A stretch of 64,000 nucleotides of DNA from Octopus vulgaris. Lineage: Eukaryota. The position numbers and the translations under genes were made by a program. The stretch spans positions 68,634,001-68,698,000 of the forward strand of contig OX597831.1 in assembly GCA_951406725.2 (NCBI GenBank). The letters run 5' to 3'. This document shows, in pieces, positions 10,303 to 23,439 of this stretch; the first letter of the stretch is position 1, and the number at the start of each line of letters is the position of its first letter. Under the pieces are notes generated by a model that searched no databases, had not been told where the DNA came from, and worked only from the letters and a program-made list of their open reading frames with translations.

Positions 10303-11569
10303 AGTATACAATAACAAACGTAAAAATTAGTTTTGTTATAACCTTGGTAGGATATGTAACTTTGGTGGGAATATTGTCTTTAATGATATAAATCCCTCCA
10401 CTGTGTCAGACTTGTGGAGAAATTATTCCTGTAAGCCTCAAGACATTATTGCTTTAAAACAAGTTTTGGTCAATGCTTTAATTTTTCAAACAAAATTTTA
10501 TCTTTTATTTAGAAAGCAGATTTATATTAAAAAGCCTGTACACTTTGTGCTTCCTGTGGATTTTCATCTAAGAATCAGTACTTTTATATCTTTAGTTGAA
10601 ATGAATAATTTAAATCTACAATTGTTACATGTTTGTGTATGTATGTATACATACACACACGTGCGTGCACGCACACACACACACTCACACAGTATCCATC
10701 AATTATTTGCCATTCATAAAGTAGGAATAGGTTACTTCTCAACAGAAATCAAGATTTGAGCTTGAATCTTTGAAGAAGCAGGACTAAATTAGTTTCTTTA
10801 CACAAAGGAATTTTGTAGAAATGCTGCTTCTTTTCTTATTTACTATCAAGTAGCACTTTCTAAGAATTAGATAGCAAATTAGAGAGTATCACAATACAAT
10901 TTGTCTTTGATTGGAACCAATGGAATTATTGCCAAAGCAGTAACAAGAGGGAAACCTGTTTACCGATAAAAGCATGAGTTTATCATTGAAAGGCTAGAAT
11001 AAATTTAACTAAACCATTTTCTTTATATGTGCCATTTCATGACCAAAGAAATGAGAATTACTCATCTTCTGAACATAATGTAATTTATTTTCAGTCTGCT
11101 TTTGTGAGAAGTTTATCTCCTATGTGAGTGCATATGTAGAATAGTTAAGGTGATGTTCAATAAGATTTTCAGATTGGCTAGCTTAAGTAGCGAAGTTCAT
11201 ATAGATATTATACCTATCTCTTCTATTTATACAAGTTGGAAAAATGAAATAATTGAAGTAAATGCAAATATGAAGACAACTAATTCCAATATTTTGTTTA
11301 CTACTGTGCAAGGTTCTGAATTTGCAAGTACTTCTTTTTTTCTACTGAAGTAAAAGAAAATAGTAATGATTGCTTTTGATGCACAGGATATCTATATTTT
11401 TTTATTTTTTAAAAATTTTATCTAGTTTCAGCTCACGAGCTGTGGCCATGCTGGGGCACCGTCATTACAATCTCCCCCCTATTAAATTTTGGATTAATTT
11501 TTTTTGTTTATAAGTATCTTAAAGCAGTTACCACAACTGCTTGTGTAAAGTATTTCATTAGAATCTATG

Positions 11570-12185
11570 TCCTCTGCTTGTGAAGACCTGTTGAGGCAAG
11601 TGAAATCAAATCAATCAAAGCAAAATCAAAATCAAATTTGATGACTGGCGTCTGTGCTAGTGGGGTGCAAAGAGAACCATACGAGTGTGATCATTGACAG
11701 AGCGGCTAACCAGCTTCAGTGCCAGTGGCACTTAAAGGGCACCATTCAAGAGTGTTCGTTACCAGTGTCGCCTTACTGGCACTTGTGCCTGTGCTAGTAG
11801 GGTGCCAAGAGCACCATCCGAGCATGATCATTGCCAGAGCAGCCAACTGGCTTCCATGCCAGTGGCACGTAAAAGGGCACCATTTGAGCATGATCGTTAC
11901 CAAAGTCGCCTTACTGGCACCTGTGCTGGGGGCATGTATAAAAGGATTCAAGCAAGGTCGTTGCTAGTACCACCTGACTGGCCTCCATGCCGGTGGCACA
12001 TAAAAAGCACCCACTATGCTCTCGGAGTGGTTGGCATTAGGAAGGGCATCCAGCTGTAGAAACTCTGCCGAATCAAGATTGGAGTCTGGTGCAGCCATCT
12101 GGTTCACCAGCCCTCAGTCAAAATCGTCCAACCCATGCTGGCATGGAAAACGGACGTTAAACGACGATGATGATGATGATGATGT
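11570..12185 (+). mobile_element. RTE LINE 3' UTR copy with ~6 internal ~65-bp units and a (GAT)n tail
   Basis: Repeated gtgccagtggcacgtaaaag units; ends aacccatgctggcatggaaaacggacgttaaacgacgatgat; same family as 32515-33330, which retains the ORF end. Confidence 0.85.
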
Positions 12186-12782
12186 CCTCACTTGTATTAT
12201 ACATGGACATAGATAAAATATCACTATTTCAATTAAGTACATCTGTAACTTTAACTAATTTGTGTATTTAACTACAGGCATAGTAATATCACTTCAACCT
12301 TTCAACAAGCAATAGTAATAATAAAATGGTTTTTTTTCTTTGCTTTCTTCTTTACCAAAATGGGATCATAAAAGTGGGAGCAGCGATGGTGTTTGAAATG
12401 ATCATGATTGTCTCAGTAGGAGGCCAGTACAATAATATTATTTGTTCATAATGAAGTACATCTGGTAAACCAACCTTATACCTTTACAAAGGTATAAGTT
12501 AAATTTGGTAAAAGTAATAAAAACACTTCGCATTTTCACAGAAGAGATGCTGCTACACAGTAGTGAATAATTCCACATTGTGGTACCCTCTTACAGCTGA
12601 GTGAACTTAGATTACATGAGTTAAGTCTCATTACTACAGATTAAATACATGTGTCAAGCACTGCCTGTTTTTGTGATTTTTAATACTTGTCTTTTGAGTT
12701 TGATTTTGTTATGGTTCTTGGTAATGTAAAGACCCTAACTACTTACTTCCTCTCATTTCCTCACCATTTCACTTTTCTCCAG

Positions 12783-12830
12783 CCAGATAGTGATTTGCAT
12801 TTTATGCTTTTGAACATATTGATCTTCAAG
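12783..12830 (+). other. Candidate 48-nt spliced micro-exon (PDSDLHFMLLNILIFK if phase 0)
   Basis: CTAAC branch-point motif at 12735-12739, ~40-nt pyrimidine-rich tract, CAG acceptor, AAG|GTAAGA donor; length divisible by 3; no homology evidence. Confidence 0.35.
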
Positions 12831-12945
12831 GTAAGAAGTCATTCATCATCTGTTTTTTTTTCCAGTCTGAGAGACTAGAGGCATACTAGAACAACTCCAG
12901 AGTAACAGGCTACTGGACTCACTGATAAAATATTATGCCCTACTA

Positions 12946-13393
12946 TCAAAATCAAAATCAAAATCGAAATCGATCAACATCAATGGAAATTGTAACTGTG
13001 ATACCAGTGCCGGTGGCATGTAAGAGAACCATCCAAACGTGGCCGTTGCCAGCACTGCCCCAACTAGCCTCCGTGCCAGTGGCACGTAAAAAGCACCATC
13101 CAATCGTGGCCGTTGCCAGCCTCACCTGGCCTCCATTCCGGTGGCACATAAAAAGCACCATCTGATCGTGGCTGTTTGCCAGCCTCGTCTGGCACCTGTG
13201 TTGGTGGCATGTAAAAAGCACCCACTACACTCATGGAGTGGTTGGCGTTAGGAAGGGATTCCAGCCATAGAAACATTGTCAGATCATACTGGGCCTGGTG
13301 CAGCCTTCTGGCTTCCCAGACCCCAGTTGAACCGTCCAACCCATGCTAGCATGGAAAGTAGACACTAAACGATGATGATGATGATGATGATGA
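12946..13393 (+). mobile_element. RTE LINE 3' UTR copy (4 internal units, (GAT)n tail)
   Basis: Same units and 3' end as 11570-12185 and 32515-33330. Confidence 0.85.
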
Positions 13394-13549
13394 CTATAGT
13401 GTAGTGTACTTTTTCTCTCATTTGTTTATACTATTGCTATTATATGTACATGTGCATGCACATGCACGTGAGAGAGTGTCCATATATGTGAATGTGTGTG
13501 TATGCAGAGACCCAGAAATACCCGAGATGAAGAATGAGCATAGTGTACA

Positions 13550-13550
<1 letters not shown>

Positions 13551-13608
<58 letters not shown>
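13551..13608. repeat. (CTA)n microsatellite
   Basis: Directly visible. Confidence 0.97.
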
Positions 13609-14077
13609 GTATGTAATTGGTTGCTAATTCTTGTCAAATCCTGATTATAAGAATACTCTGGTGTTAAATAGGAGAAACATTCAGATTGTGATTGTCCTAA
13701 TGAATGATTGGCCATCAGGAGGAAGGCTGTCATATCTGAGCAGTGAATTCAATTTTGTGCAGTCTTCATTTATCTTAAACCATTTCACACTTCTGTAGAA
13801 ACAGGGACACCAGACCTTTCAAAAGTGCTTGTTATTCTAGTTGTAGCACTCAGAATATGACACAAGCCTTTGGTTTTACAAAATTGAACTCTTTGTTTGC
13901 TTCATTGTGATTACATATAGTAGATATAGCAAAACTGATAGTGTATGTGCTATAAATTGATGGCACGTGTCTCTTTGTTCAGCCAGTTATACAGGTCCTG
14001 CCTTTTTGCATCATTTTTCTCTCAGATATTTTAATTGTTATTGCTGTTACTGTTTCTTAAATAAATGAATAGATGGT

Positions 14078-14382
14078 AACGATTCAAGTGTGATCGTTAC
14101 CATGTCACCTTACCAGCACTTGTGCTGGTGACATGTGAAATATTCGAGCAAGGTCATTGCCAGTGATGCTGAACTGGCTCCTGTGCAGATGGCATGTAAA
14201 AAGCACCATTTGGGCGTGGCCGTTGCCAGTACCACCAAACTGGTTGGCGTTAGGAAGGGCATCCAGCTATAGAAACTCTGCCAGATCAGATTGGAGTCTG
14301 GTTCACCAGACTTCAGTCAAATCGTCCAACCCATGCTAGCATGGAAAGCGAACGTTAAATGATGATGATGATGATGATGATG
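14078..14382 (+). mobile_element. RTE LINE 3' UTR copy, internally deleted
   Basis: ggttggcgttaggaagggcatccagc...aacccatgctagcatggaaagc then (GAT)n. Confidence 0.8.
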
Positions 14383-16200
14383 GGAGAACCTTATAAAATC
14401 TGACTGAGTCTCTTTGCAATTGTATCTAATCCAAGAGAGAGTAAAGAAAAAGATTATATATCTGCGCTTTTGGAAATATGGCAGTGTATTAGAATTACAC
14501 TATAGACAGCAACTACAGCAAATACCCAAGAGTATTGCAGTAGAAATAAAAACAAAAGATTAAAGAAAAGTTCCTGCACTACCTGCTTTAAATTTTAAAC
14601 CAAAGACTCAGCCAAAACATAGAGTAAGATTATTAGATATTCCTGGGCTGATACATTTGTACTCAATACATAGGACAAAGAAATGCAAGTGGGAGGTTAA
14701 GGGACACTGAATATAGGAAGGATTAATGGCTGATTGATTTTGTATTGCACTATGGGTAGGTGGTCAAAGCAGAATTGATGAAAGATTGTATGTGATCATA
14801 AGGTTTTCAAAGGGATTTGCAAGTACAAAGGGCTTTGCAGTACCTTTACAGATCATAAATTCATGCTGGATCTGTACTCAACTTGGTGCATCACAACAAA
14901 GTGTGCGAAATTGATGGCACAGGGGTAAAAAAAAACTAGTTGCTACATCTGTTGTAATAAGAACTACCTCCATACAGCTTGCTATAAAATAACTAAAAAG
15001 ACAGAACAAGAAAATGAGGTAGAAAAGTAACAAAGAACAGTCAAGGAAGCAAAAGGAATCTGAAACCCTAGTTTCTAAAGCACAATCAAGCAAAACATCA
15101 GGAATGGAAGAGGAAATCACTTTGTACTCCGTCCTAGAAACAAATAATCAGGTACGTTGTTCTTTAATCTTAGCAACCAGTAATACCACCCTGTGGTTGT
15201 GTGACAAGGAAAATATGGGAAGAATGTATAAACTGTTGAAGGAAATACAAAAGAAAAAACAGGTCAAAATAAAAATCAAAGCAAAGAAACTAAATGGGTG
15301 AGAAGGAATAACTTCTTCAAAACAATGATAATATTTCTCTTTAGGAAAATAATAAAGGAAATAAAGAAGAGATCAAAGGACAAAGATTCACTCTCGTTTA
15401 GAGATCAAACGAAAAATTATGAGATAGAATCGCGTATTTGTGGTGGCAGGAACATTCTGATGAAGTAACATTAACTCTGAAACAGTTAGGTTTGATATCC
15501 TTAAATACATAGGCATGTTGAAAAAGGTAGGTTATCAGAAAAAAGAAAATGAAGATACCATAGGCCGGTGAAACGGTCCTTACCATAAGGATGTGAATGT
15601 TTCCAGTCAGAGGATACACTGAAAGTGTTAACAAATGCCTTTGCGATGACAGCAAAGCAAAGTCATAGGGTGTTTCAAAATAGGGCCTTCCCAAACTTTT
15701 TGAACTGTGACACCCATTTTCAAAAGAAATGTGTAGTAACATTCTCTACCCTGCTTACAAAAAAAGAAAAAAAAAGATCAGATGCAGATAAATCTAGATT
15801 AGAAAACAGCTGAAGATATCAAACTTCAGGGGAAATGCTACCCCTGAAACAGTTTTGTTCTTAAAATATTTATTTTTTATTCTTTTAATGACATAAATTG
15901 CATAGATATTTCATTTGGGAAATGGGCAATCCAGAATGAAAGGACAATTACTCACATATTTAACAAAAATATGTCAATTGTTTCCATTTAACAAAAATAA
16001 TTAAATATATTTTCAGCCAAGAATTCAAATAAGAACTATTGAGTTTTTAAAATTCAAATTTAAAGTTAATGTTGTTAATATAGAATATACAAAATGAAGT
16101 GAGTTTAAAAAAATAATGCAAAATAAAAAAAAATATAAAAAGATTACATTTATATATTTGTTTTGCAAGATTCTTGATGTGAAATCGTGTATTGAAACAG

Positions 16201-16529
16201 ATATTGTTGTATCTGGGGATGGTCATGTTTCCAGTTTAGCCAATAAAGACACACGCACTATATATTTGGTGTTAATTTTCTTCAGCTTTATTTTATTTTT
16301 TCCATTAATCGTATGACAAAATGGCTGATCGTTAATAAGGAAAGACTCAAATAAGATAGAAGAAAGCAAAGGACCACTGATGAGGTCATAGAAGTGTGAT
16401 GAAAGAACTGGCCAAAATATGATTAATGTAAAGAATAAAAAAAAGCTGAAGCAAATTAACACCAAATATATAGTGTGTGTGTCTTTATTGGCTAAACTGG
16501 CAACATGACCATCCCCAAATACAACAATA
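16201..16529. repeat. ~113-bp inverted repeat with a hammerhead-like core in the spacer (PLE-like or MITE)
   Basis: Arms ~16201-16314 and ~16417-16529; spacer contains CTGATGAG-GTCA...TGAT-GAAA. Confidence 0.75.
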
Positions 16530-16789
16530 ATATAAAAAGTGTAATCTCAAAAGTAATTTTTCCCTCTGAAGGAAAATCAAATTCAAAATTGGTGTTAATG
16601 TAAAAATATTAAAGAAAATTTTTTCTTTGTCAGGCTAAAATAGGTTAAAAATTTATTGCAGCCCTTATTTATTTTTACAAAAACAATAAAAACAAACATT
16701 TCTCAATTTTCAACAATAAATTAATTATTAACAGAACAGATATTGTTACTGAGAAAACGTACTTGTTTATTTTTGCACTACAAATAAAA

Positions 16790-18320
16790 TCGTATTTCAA
16801 TATCTATTAATGCAGGTCTCAAGGAAATTTTAACTTTCTTAGTACTGGAGTTATTTTTTAAAAATTCTAGTCAGCTGTATATGGTGATTTGTACAAAAAC
16901 ATTGTATCAAATGGTAAAAAGGGTTTCAATCACTAATTTGGACAGCACTTGAAATTCAGCACAAGCACCAAGCCAAAAAGCATTTTAGATTTTCAAAGAA
17001 AATTCAAACCTGAGAGTTTAATCACTTGAAAGTTGCATTTATTCTACTTGGGCTTTTAATGTTTTATACATTCTGTTTCAACTGTGAACAGATTTTGGAT
17101 CATATCCAAATTGGTTGTTGTTTAATTATGGTAGAAGATATTTGTAGAAATTGATTTCTAGACTTTCCAAATGGCCAAGTATTATTTGCTTGATCAAACC
17201 AAAATTTAATTAATTTTCATAATTGCTCATTTTTTATTTTGTATTTCTATATGATTTATTTTCTATGAAGACTTAATTATAGATTTAAGTAGAAAAAGAT
17301 TGTTCTCTCCTAGTAGAGAGTAAGCTCATTAACTTTTCTAACTTGCATAACCAATCTTCTTCCTGAGACAAAATTTGCTAAATCTGGACTGTGTCCTGAC
17401 AAAAATTTTAACCCCATTTTTAAACTTCTAAGAGCAAATTTGAAGATCATCTATTTGTGAGCCATTACATTTCTGTTAGTAAATGTTTGCTGAAAAAGGA
17501 TTAAATTTCATTATAGAGATTTGAAAAAATGCAGCTACTGAGTGCATAGCTTAATTCATAATTTTAACTGTATCTTGTAACACTGCATTCAGATCTGCAG
17601 AAAGCTTCTTGGACACTAATGCCTCTCAGTGAATCATGCAATGAGTGAAATAAATAAGATTTTGCTCACAGATTTGGCTTTAACTTGAAATTCAATTTTC
17701 CTTTCTATCATATTTGTTGCACCATCTGCACATACTCCAAAGCAATTATTTTATTCAAGGTCAGCTTCTCCAAAAAATTGTCAAGTTTTTGGCAAACAAT
17801 TTTATCCATCCAGTGATCAACAGAAGAGCTATTATTAATTCTTCCATTAAGTTGCTCAAATTAGTCATCCTTAATTTCTGGATTATGACTCCTAACAGTA
17901 TTTTTTGACTGAGGAACTTTCTTTAATTAATCTACATATTTGTTTCCATTAGCAATTTCTGTAACATTTTCTTTACTGATGCTGTATGATTTTCTTTTAG
18001 ATCTCGCAATTAAATAGGCAGATACAAAAGATGCCTCCAAGTATTTCACTATGTCAGTAATGTGAATAAGATTCTCAAGAGATTGCTTCTTTTGACTGAA
18101 GGATTCTGGTAGTCTTTCAAACAAATTCCGTAAGCTTACCACTACAGAAAAAATGTTTTGAATTAAGATGTTGTCTTAATTTTGTAGGCTTCATACTTCA
18201 AGCCACAAACCACCGAACAATCATTGCAAATTAAGCAGACAAGGAATTTCTTCATTATTTTTCAAAGTACAAGTACATCTGTATTAGAAATAAGATTCAT
18301 TAAATTTTCTACTAGCTGAA
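16790..18320 (-). pseudogene. hAT (Buster/Charlie-type) transposase remnant
   Basis: Minus-strand FTHCMIH*EALVSKKLSADLNAVLQDTVKIMN (HCxIHRE motif), ASFVSAYLIARSK, and a decayed BED-finger-like N-terminus; many stops and frameshifts. Confidence 0.8.
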
Positions 18321-18479
18321 AGATCAGGCATTGCCCAAGTTACTGCTGTTCCTATTCAAATTAGTAAACAATAAATATAAAGATATATTCTCATAACTAT
18401 TTCAAAATATTTATATTTTATTAAAAAATATCCAAATTGTAATAATAGAATTTTGAAATGAAAATCTGTCAATGTTGAT

Positions 18480-19128
18480 GTACCCCAGGGTAAACAATAT
18501 TCTTTGTGCAATTTTTTGGTGGTGTTGAAATGAATGAATTGTTGCTGCTTCCAGCTCGTAAGCAAGCAACATAGCATTAGTCATGAGAGAAGCATGTAGT
18601 AGAGAGATCAAATCCAGCTACCTTGAGGGATTGACCCTGAGATTTGTTAATTGAAATACCAAAACTTAGTTTGACTGGAAACTGAAGTGTCTTGAATTCA
18701 AATGGAATATCTATAGGTTTGAGAGGAATTTTTGGAATAAAGACATTTTCTCCTTTGTGACTACCCGTTATGATTGTTGCCTGTAGGATATGGAGTTACA
18801 TGGAAGTAACAATTGAATTCCATCACATAGGTGAGATGGGTCAAGATTCCTAAGCAACATAATGGGAGCATCCAGCTTTAGTGACAAGTTATGTGGTAGC
18901 ATCCCAGTAGGTTTAAGTGTTTTCAGAAATCCAACAGGATATTGAACAACCTGATCTTGATCAACTGTTGTCAATTGATTGAAAAGTCATTTCTGATGGA
19001 TCTGTTAACGTTTGAAGAAGTTCATGATTGAATTTATCAACCATTTCATTAGTTGGAGCTGGTTATAGCTCTTTCACATCAGCCAGTTTACATCAGTGTA
19101 ATTGACAGATAAATTAGGAAATACAGCA
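18480..19128 (-). pseudogene. Helitron Pif1-like helicase remnant
   Basis: YPVGFLKTLKPTGMLPHNLSLKLDAPIMLLRNLDP..LCDG; downstream SINKSQGQSL and CFSH..YVAC motifs. Confidence 0.85.
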
Positions 19129-19134
19129 AAAGTA

Positions 19135-19514
19135 AAAAGCACTGGTGCTGGTGTCACATAAAAAGCACTGGCGAGGATTCCATATAGAAAGCACTGGAGA
19201 TGGTTCCGCATAAGAAACACTGGAGCTCTAGTTATGTAAAAAGTACTGGTGATGGTGCCACGAAAAAAGCACTGGTGATGGTGTCACATAAAGGCACTGA
19301 TGATGGAGTCACATAAAAAACACTGTTGATGGTGCTATGTAAAAAGCATTCAGTACATTCTGTGAAGTGTTTGGCATTAGGAAGAGCATCTAGCTGTAGA
19401 AACCAAACCAAAATAGACTATAAAAACCTGGCGTGACTCCTGGCCTTGCCAGCTCTGGTCAAACCTTGCAACCCATACCAGCATTGGAAAACAGATGTTA
19501 GATGACGATGACGA

Positions 19515-19548
<34 letters not shown>

Positions 19549-19600
19549 GGTGGTGGTGGTGGTGGTTGTGATGGCGGCGGCGGTCGCGGCGACGACGGAA
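19135..19600 (+). mobile_element. Older RTE 3' UTR-type element with ~8 tandem 26-bp units and a GAT/GGT/GGC tail
   Basis: gcactggtgatggtgccacgtaaaaa-like units at 19138-19345, then the family body ttggcattaggaagagcatctagctgtagaaac. Confidence 0.75.
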
Positions 19601-20269
19601 ACCAAGGTACATGCTATGAGAATTCAACTTAAGTATCTTAAGATTTCAGATTTCACACTGAAGTATTAAAGCAGTTCTCTTTTTCAAGTTCACTTTTACT
19701 TGTGAAATTACAAAGTCTAAAGACATTTTCTTACGTTTTATATAGTTAGTGAGAAATGCCAGAGTAATGCAAACTTGATGAGGATGGTGGGTTAATAAGA
19801 AGAAAGAAAATTTTTACATATAAAAGGAATTTCAAGAAATCTTAGAACTTCTTTTGTTTTTAACTAAGAAATATCAAACAATCCTCAAACATTTCTACTT
19901 TATGATCTAAATGAAATATATTTGTAAGAAAATCTGATTGTGAGATTGTAAGGCAGTATCTTTTGAAAGCTTAGACAATAAATATAAATGTATATTTTTG
20001 TATATTCAATACTTGCTTATAATAAGCTTACTGAGATAAGTTTTAACAAAGAAAACATACTTAAGAGAATTTGACAAAGATAAGCATTAGAAAAGAACAT
20101 TGATTGAGAAACGTCTTAAAGATAGTATGTAAATGGAACTGAAGCAATGTTTAGTTTTAGAAAGATTTGAAGTTAAATATACTGAAAGATCTATTAATTT
20201 CGCTTTTGCATTAATAAGTTTCTTATACAACAAAACTTCAAAATGATTGTGGGACTGGTGAATAAAGCA

Positions 20270-21060
20270 CATTATTTACATTATTTACATTTGATGGATA
20301 TTTGTCCTCATCTTGTTTGTTGTTAACACAACGTTTCGGCTGATATACCCTCCAGCTTTCTTCAGGTGCCTTGGGGAAATTTCGAACATGGGTTCTCATT
20401 CGTAAGGTATTTTTTGATGTTATTATTATTATTGTTCAGGTCATTGGCCTTATTGAGTTCACATGATCTAACAGCACTTGGACATCTTCCTTGTGGGGCC
20501 AGAGTATAAAGGTGTCATCAACATACTGCAGCCATAGGGTTGGTTTTAGTGGTGTTAATCCTAAAGCCAAATTCTCAAAGTATTCCATGTATATATTGGC
20601 TATTATCAGTGATAATGGTGAACCCATAGCTAAACCCTCTTTTTGTTAATATATATCAGTGTCCATAGTGAAGTAGGTAGTTTCTACACAGAAGGTCAAC
20701 ATTTCCATGAAGTTTCTTATTGGTATACTAGTACATTCTTTTAGATGGATGTCTGTCACTAGCTTTTCTTGTATCACCAATAGCGCTTCACCAGTTGGGA
20801 CTTTGGTGAACAGACTTATCACATCTAAACTCACCATCTGGTTGGATTCAGTGGGGGTATCCTTGATCAATTCTGTGAAGTGGGTGGAATTCTTCATTTA
20901 CGATGTTGACTTTCCTGCTAATGGACTGATTATATCCACAAGGAAACGGCTCAGTGGATGACATGCTGAACCTCTACAGCTCATGATAGGTCTGAATGGA
21001 ATACCATCCTTGTGAATCTTAGGGAGACCGTACATGTGTGGTAGTTTATTCGTTAAATGT
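20270..21060 (-). mobile_element. Penelope-like element: RT fragment joined by internal deletion to a pLTR with a hammerhead
   Basis: YGLPKIHKDGIPFRPI, MVSLDVISLFTKVP, MGSPLS..IANIYM, YVDDTF; hammerhead at 20326-20369. Confidence 0.9.
20326..20369 (-). ncRNA. Minimal type I hammerhead ribozyme (PLE-type)
   Basis: GCAC-CTGAAGA-AA-GCTG(GAGGGTATAT)CAGC-C-GA-AACGTT-GTGT: intact boxes, palindromic stem III AACGTT, stem I GCAC/GTGT. Confidence 0.7.
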
Positions 21061-21089
21061 AAAGTGATGCCTATTAACACCTCAAACGT

Positions 21090-21777
21090 TTTTTTTTCCT
21101 TCACCTCTTCCACATCTGCAAATTCTGCAATATCAGCTGATATCCCCGGTGATGACCTTCGAAAAAAGGTCTGGATCAACTTTCAACTGTTTTTTCAGTC
21201 ATGACACATATTTAGTCATGACTGTTTTTGATCTTCCATGAGCAAGCGAGGCATAAGTTTTGCTGCAACTCTTTTCGTTGGCAATCCCTCACTCAGAATT
21301 CATTGGCAGGAGCTCCAGGACATGGCAGTCATATCAGCAAGTTCATTAGTTCATGGTTTTTCATATTTTCATTTGTTTGGGTGGTCGACAGTCATCCTGA
21401 ATGAGGTTAGTCTTCAATTGACAAGTGACAATTCTTAAAGTGTGGGAACTACTCGTAAACTTGTGTTTTGCTCATAGCAGCATCCTTGTAAGTTGTTTGA
21501 AGTATGACAACTGTTTTGGCTGCTGTTTTCCCCACCAGAAAACAGAATTTCACAGAAGTACACTGTTCTTCATTTCAGCCATTTCAAAAATCGATGAATA
21601 GGAGAGAAACACTGCAAAGCAAAGACACACTATGCGGCAGTACGATTTCACAAGGTGCAGCCAGACAGCAGATTGATGCCTGAGGGCCGCATCAAGTTGC
21701 TTCTAGCAGTAGAAGCCTGAACTACAATGGCTTTGTCCCACAGTGAAGATTTCTGGTTACTTTTGGGTAACCCCTCA
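21090..21777 (-). mobile_element. Mariner 5' remnant (TIR plus HTH-coding region)
   Basis: TA|TGAGGGGTTACCCAAAAGT terminus; VKFCFLVGKTAAKTVVILQTTYKDAAMSKTQVYE; DPDLFSKVITGD. Confidence 0.8.
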
Positions 21778-21832
21778 TATACATTATATATATATAAAAT
21801 AATTTTATATATATATACATTTTATATATATA

Positions 21833-22188
21833 TAAAATAAGCAGAAAATTGAGAAAATTTTTGATCAACAAACAAATTGACCAACATTGATTAATTACTT
21901 TTAATACAAAACTTAACATTGCTTACGGCTATTTCGGCTACCAGTGTCAGTCAGTGCCTGCAAAAAAAATTCTGTATTTGTATTCACTCTGATGAAGCCT
22001 CATGTGCTAGATCAAATGTACTATAAAAATTATGAATATTATATTCGGAATTTTCTTTGTAGGCACCGACTGACATTGGTAGCCTGAACGGCCATAAGCA
22101 ATGTTAAGTTTTGTATTACAAAATAATTTACCGATGTTGGTCAATTTGTTTGTTGCTCAAAAGCTTTCACCATTTTCTGCTTATTTTA
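21833..22188. repeat. ~130-bp diverged inverted repeat (fold-back element)
   Basis: Arms ~21833-21963 and ~22057-22188; spacer contains ctgatgaagcc; abuts TA repeats. Confidence 0.8.
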
Positions 22189-22385
22189 AATTTGATTCCT
22201 GATAAACTCATGTTTCTGTACCCAATGAGCATAGTGTGCTTTCATACCCATGCACAGGGTTAACATAGATAATTGATACCGGTAGTAAGTACAGACATTC
22301 TTATCCCTTAGACAGTTATTCCAACCGCTATCTCTGCTTAACTATATATCTAACTATACATATATACATCTACACACAGATAGAC

Positions 22386-22434
<49 letters not shown>

Positions 22435-22457
22435 ATAAAGCATATTGTTAAGTATTC

Positions 22458-22502
22458 CACCTGTGAGGGATCAATACTAGATGGGTCGAAATGACTGTAG
22501 TG
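22458..22502 (+). ncRNA. Decayed type I hammerhead-like motif (PLE pLTR remnant)
   Basis: CAC-CTGTGA-GG-GATC...GGTC-GAAAT-GACT-GTA-GTG: stem I CAC/GTG, GUA triplet; core lacks one A. Confidence 0.5.
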
Positions 22503-22559
22503 ATTAATAAAGATTCTTGTATCTTCCGTCTTCTGTCTTGCATTAACCAAATAGATATA

Positions 22560-23439
22560 TAAGGTTTGATCAATAAGTATCCGGACTGTTACGATAGTAA
22601 CGAAGCTAGAGCATACAGAGTAAATTTGGTTGGCACAGATTGACCTTGAACTCTGCTGTGCATGTGTACTAAGTTTCAACATTCTAGCTCACTTCTGCTA
22701 TTTGCAGCAGAACTTTGAAGGAAGGTGTATTGTGTGTGATTGTCGCATTGAGATTGACAGAGAAAGTTGTCATGCCGGTATCTGCTCAGAGGCCTATGCA
22801 AAATTGCAGAAAGTGTATGGAGAGGAGTGTGTGAGCCACATACAAGTGTGCAGTGGTTCAGACGCTTTCAAGATAGCCGATATTGTTGAACGTTCTGGGA
22901 GACCTGCAACCAGCAGAACTGAGAAAAACATCACAGATGTGCATGCAGCTGTGAGGGGAAATCGTCAAATCCCCATCCATAAATTATCAGAGGATGTGCA
23001 GATTAGTTACGGTTCAGTTCAGTCCATTATCAGTGAAGATTTGGGTATGAGACACATGTCTGCCAAGTTTGTGCCAAAACTGCTTTCAGCTGACCAAAAG
23101 GACACTCGGGTTTCAGTTGTACAAGAGTTCCTTGATTGTTTTGAGAACAATGAAAACTTTTTGAAAACTTTGTGTAGGCCTCTGAGCAAGTATCATCAAG
23201 ATTTTGGCAAAATTTGATGCAGATTCTCTGCTCGACTTTCTGTCATGTTCAATGCAACAATCATACACTACACACCTTCCTTCCAAGCACTGCTGTAAAC
23301 AGGGGAGTGAACTAGAATGTTAAAACTTAGTGCACAGGCAGAGCAGATTTCAAGGTCAGTCTGAGCTAAGCAGCTTTACACTGCAAACTTTAGCTTCGTT
23401 ACTATGGCAACAGTCCGGATACTTATTGATCAGACCTCA
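22560..23439 (+). mobile_element. Internally deleted mariner element with both TIRs
   Basis: ~50-bp TIRs (aggtttgatcaataagtatccggactgtt / aacagtccggatacttattgatcagacct); TA on both flanks; ORF 22630-23217 has RSGRP and AKFVPKLL but no DDD domain. Confidence 0.92.

Noticed and set aside
14390-15620. Purine-rich, coding-like stretch (possible old LINE ORF1)
   Set aside because: No motif I could recognise; needs BLASTX
19138-19345. CRISPR-like regularly spaced repeats (also the 65-bp units near 13000 and 32700)
   Set aside because: Whole units are tandem duplicates without unique spacers, they sit in an RTE 3' UTR, the context is eukaryotic and there are no cas genes
22630-23217. 195-aa ORF as a functional transposase or domesticated gene
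   Set aside because: TTG start inside the terminal region, internal deletions and no catalytic domain
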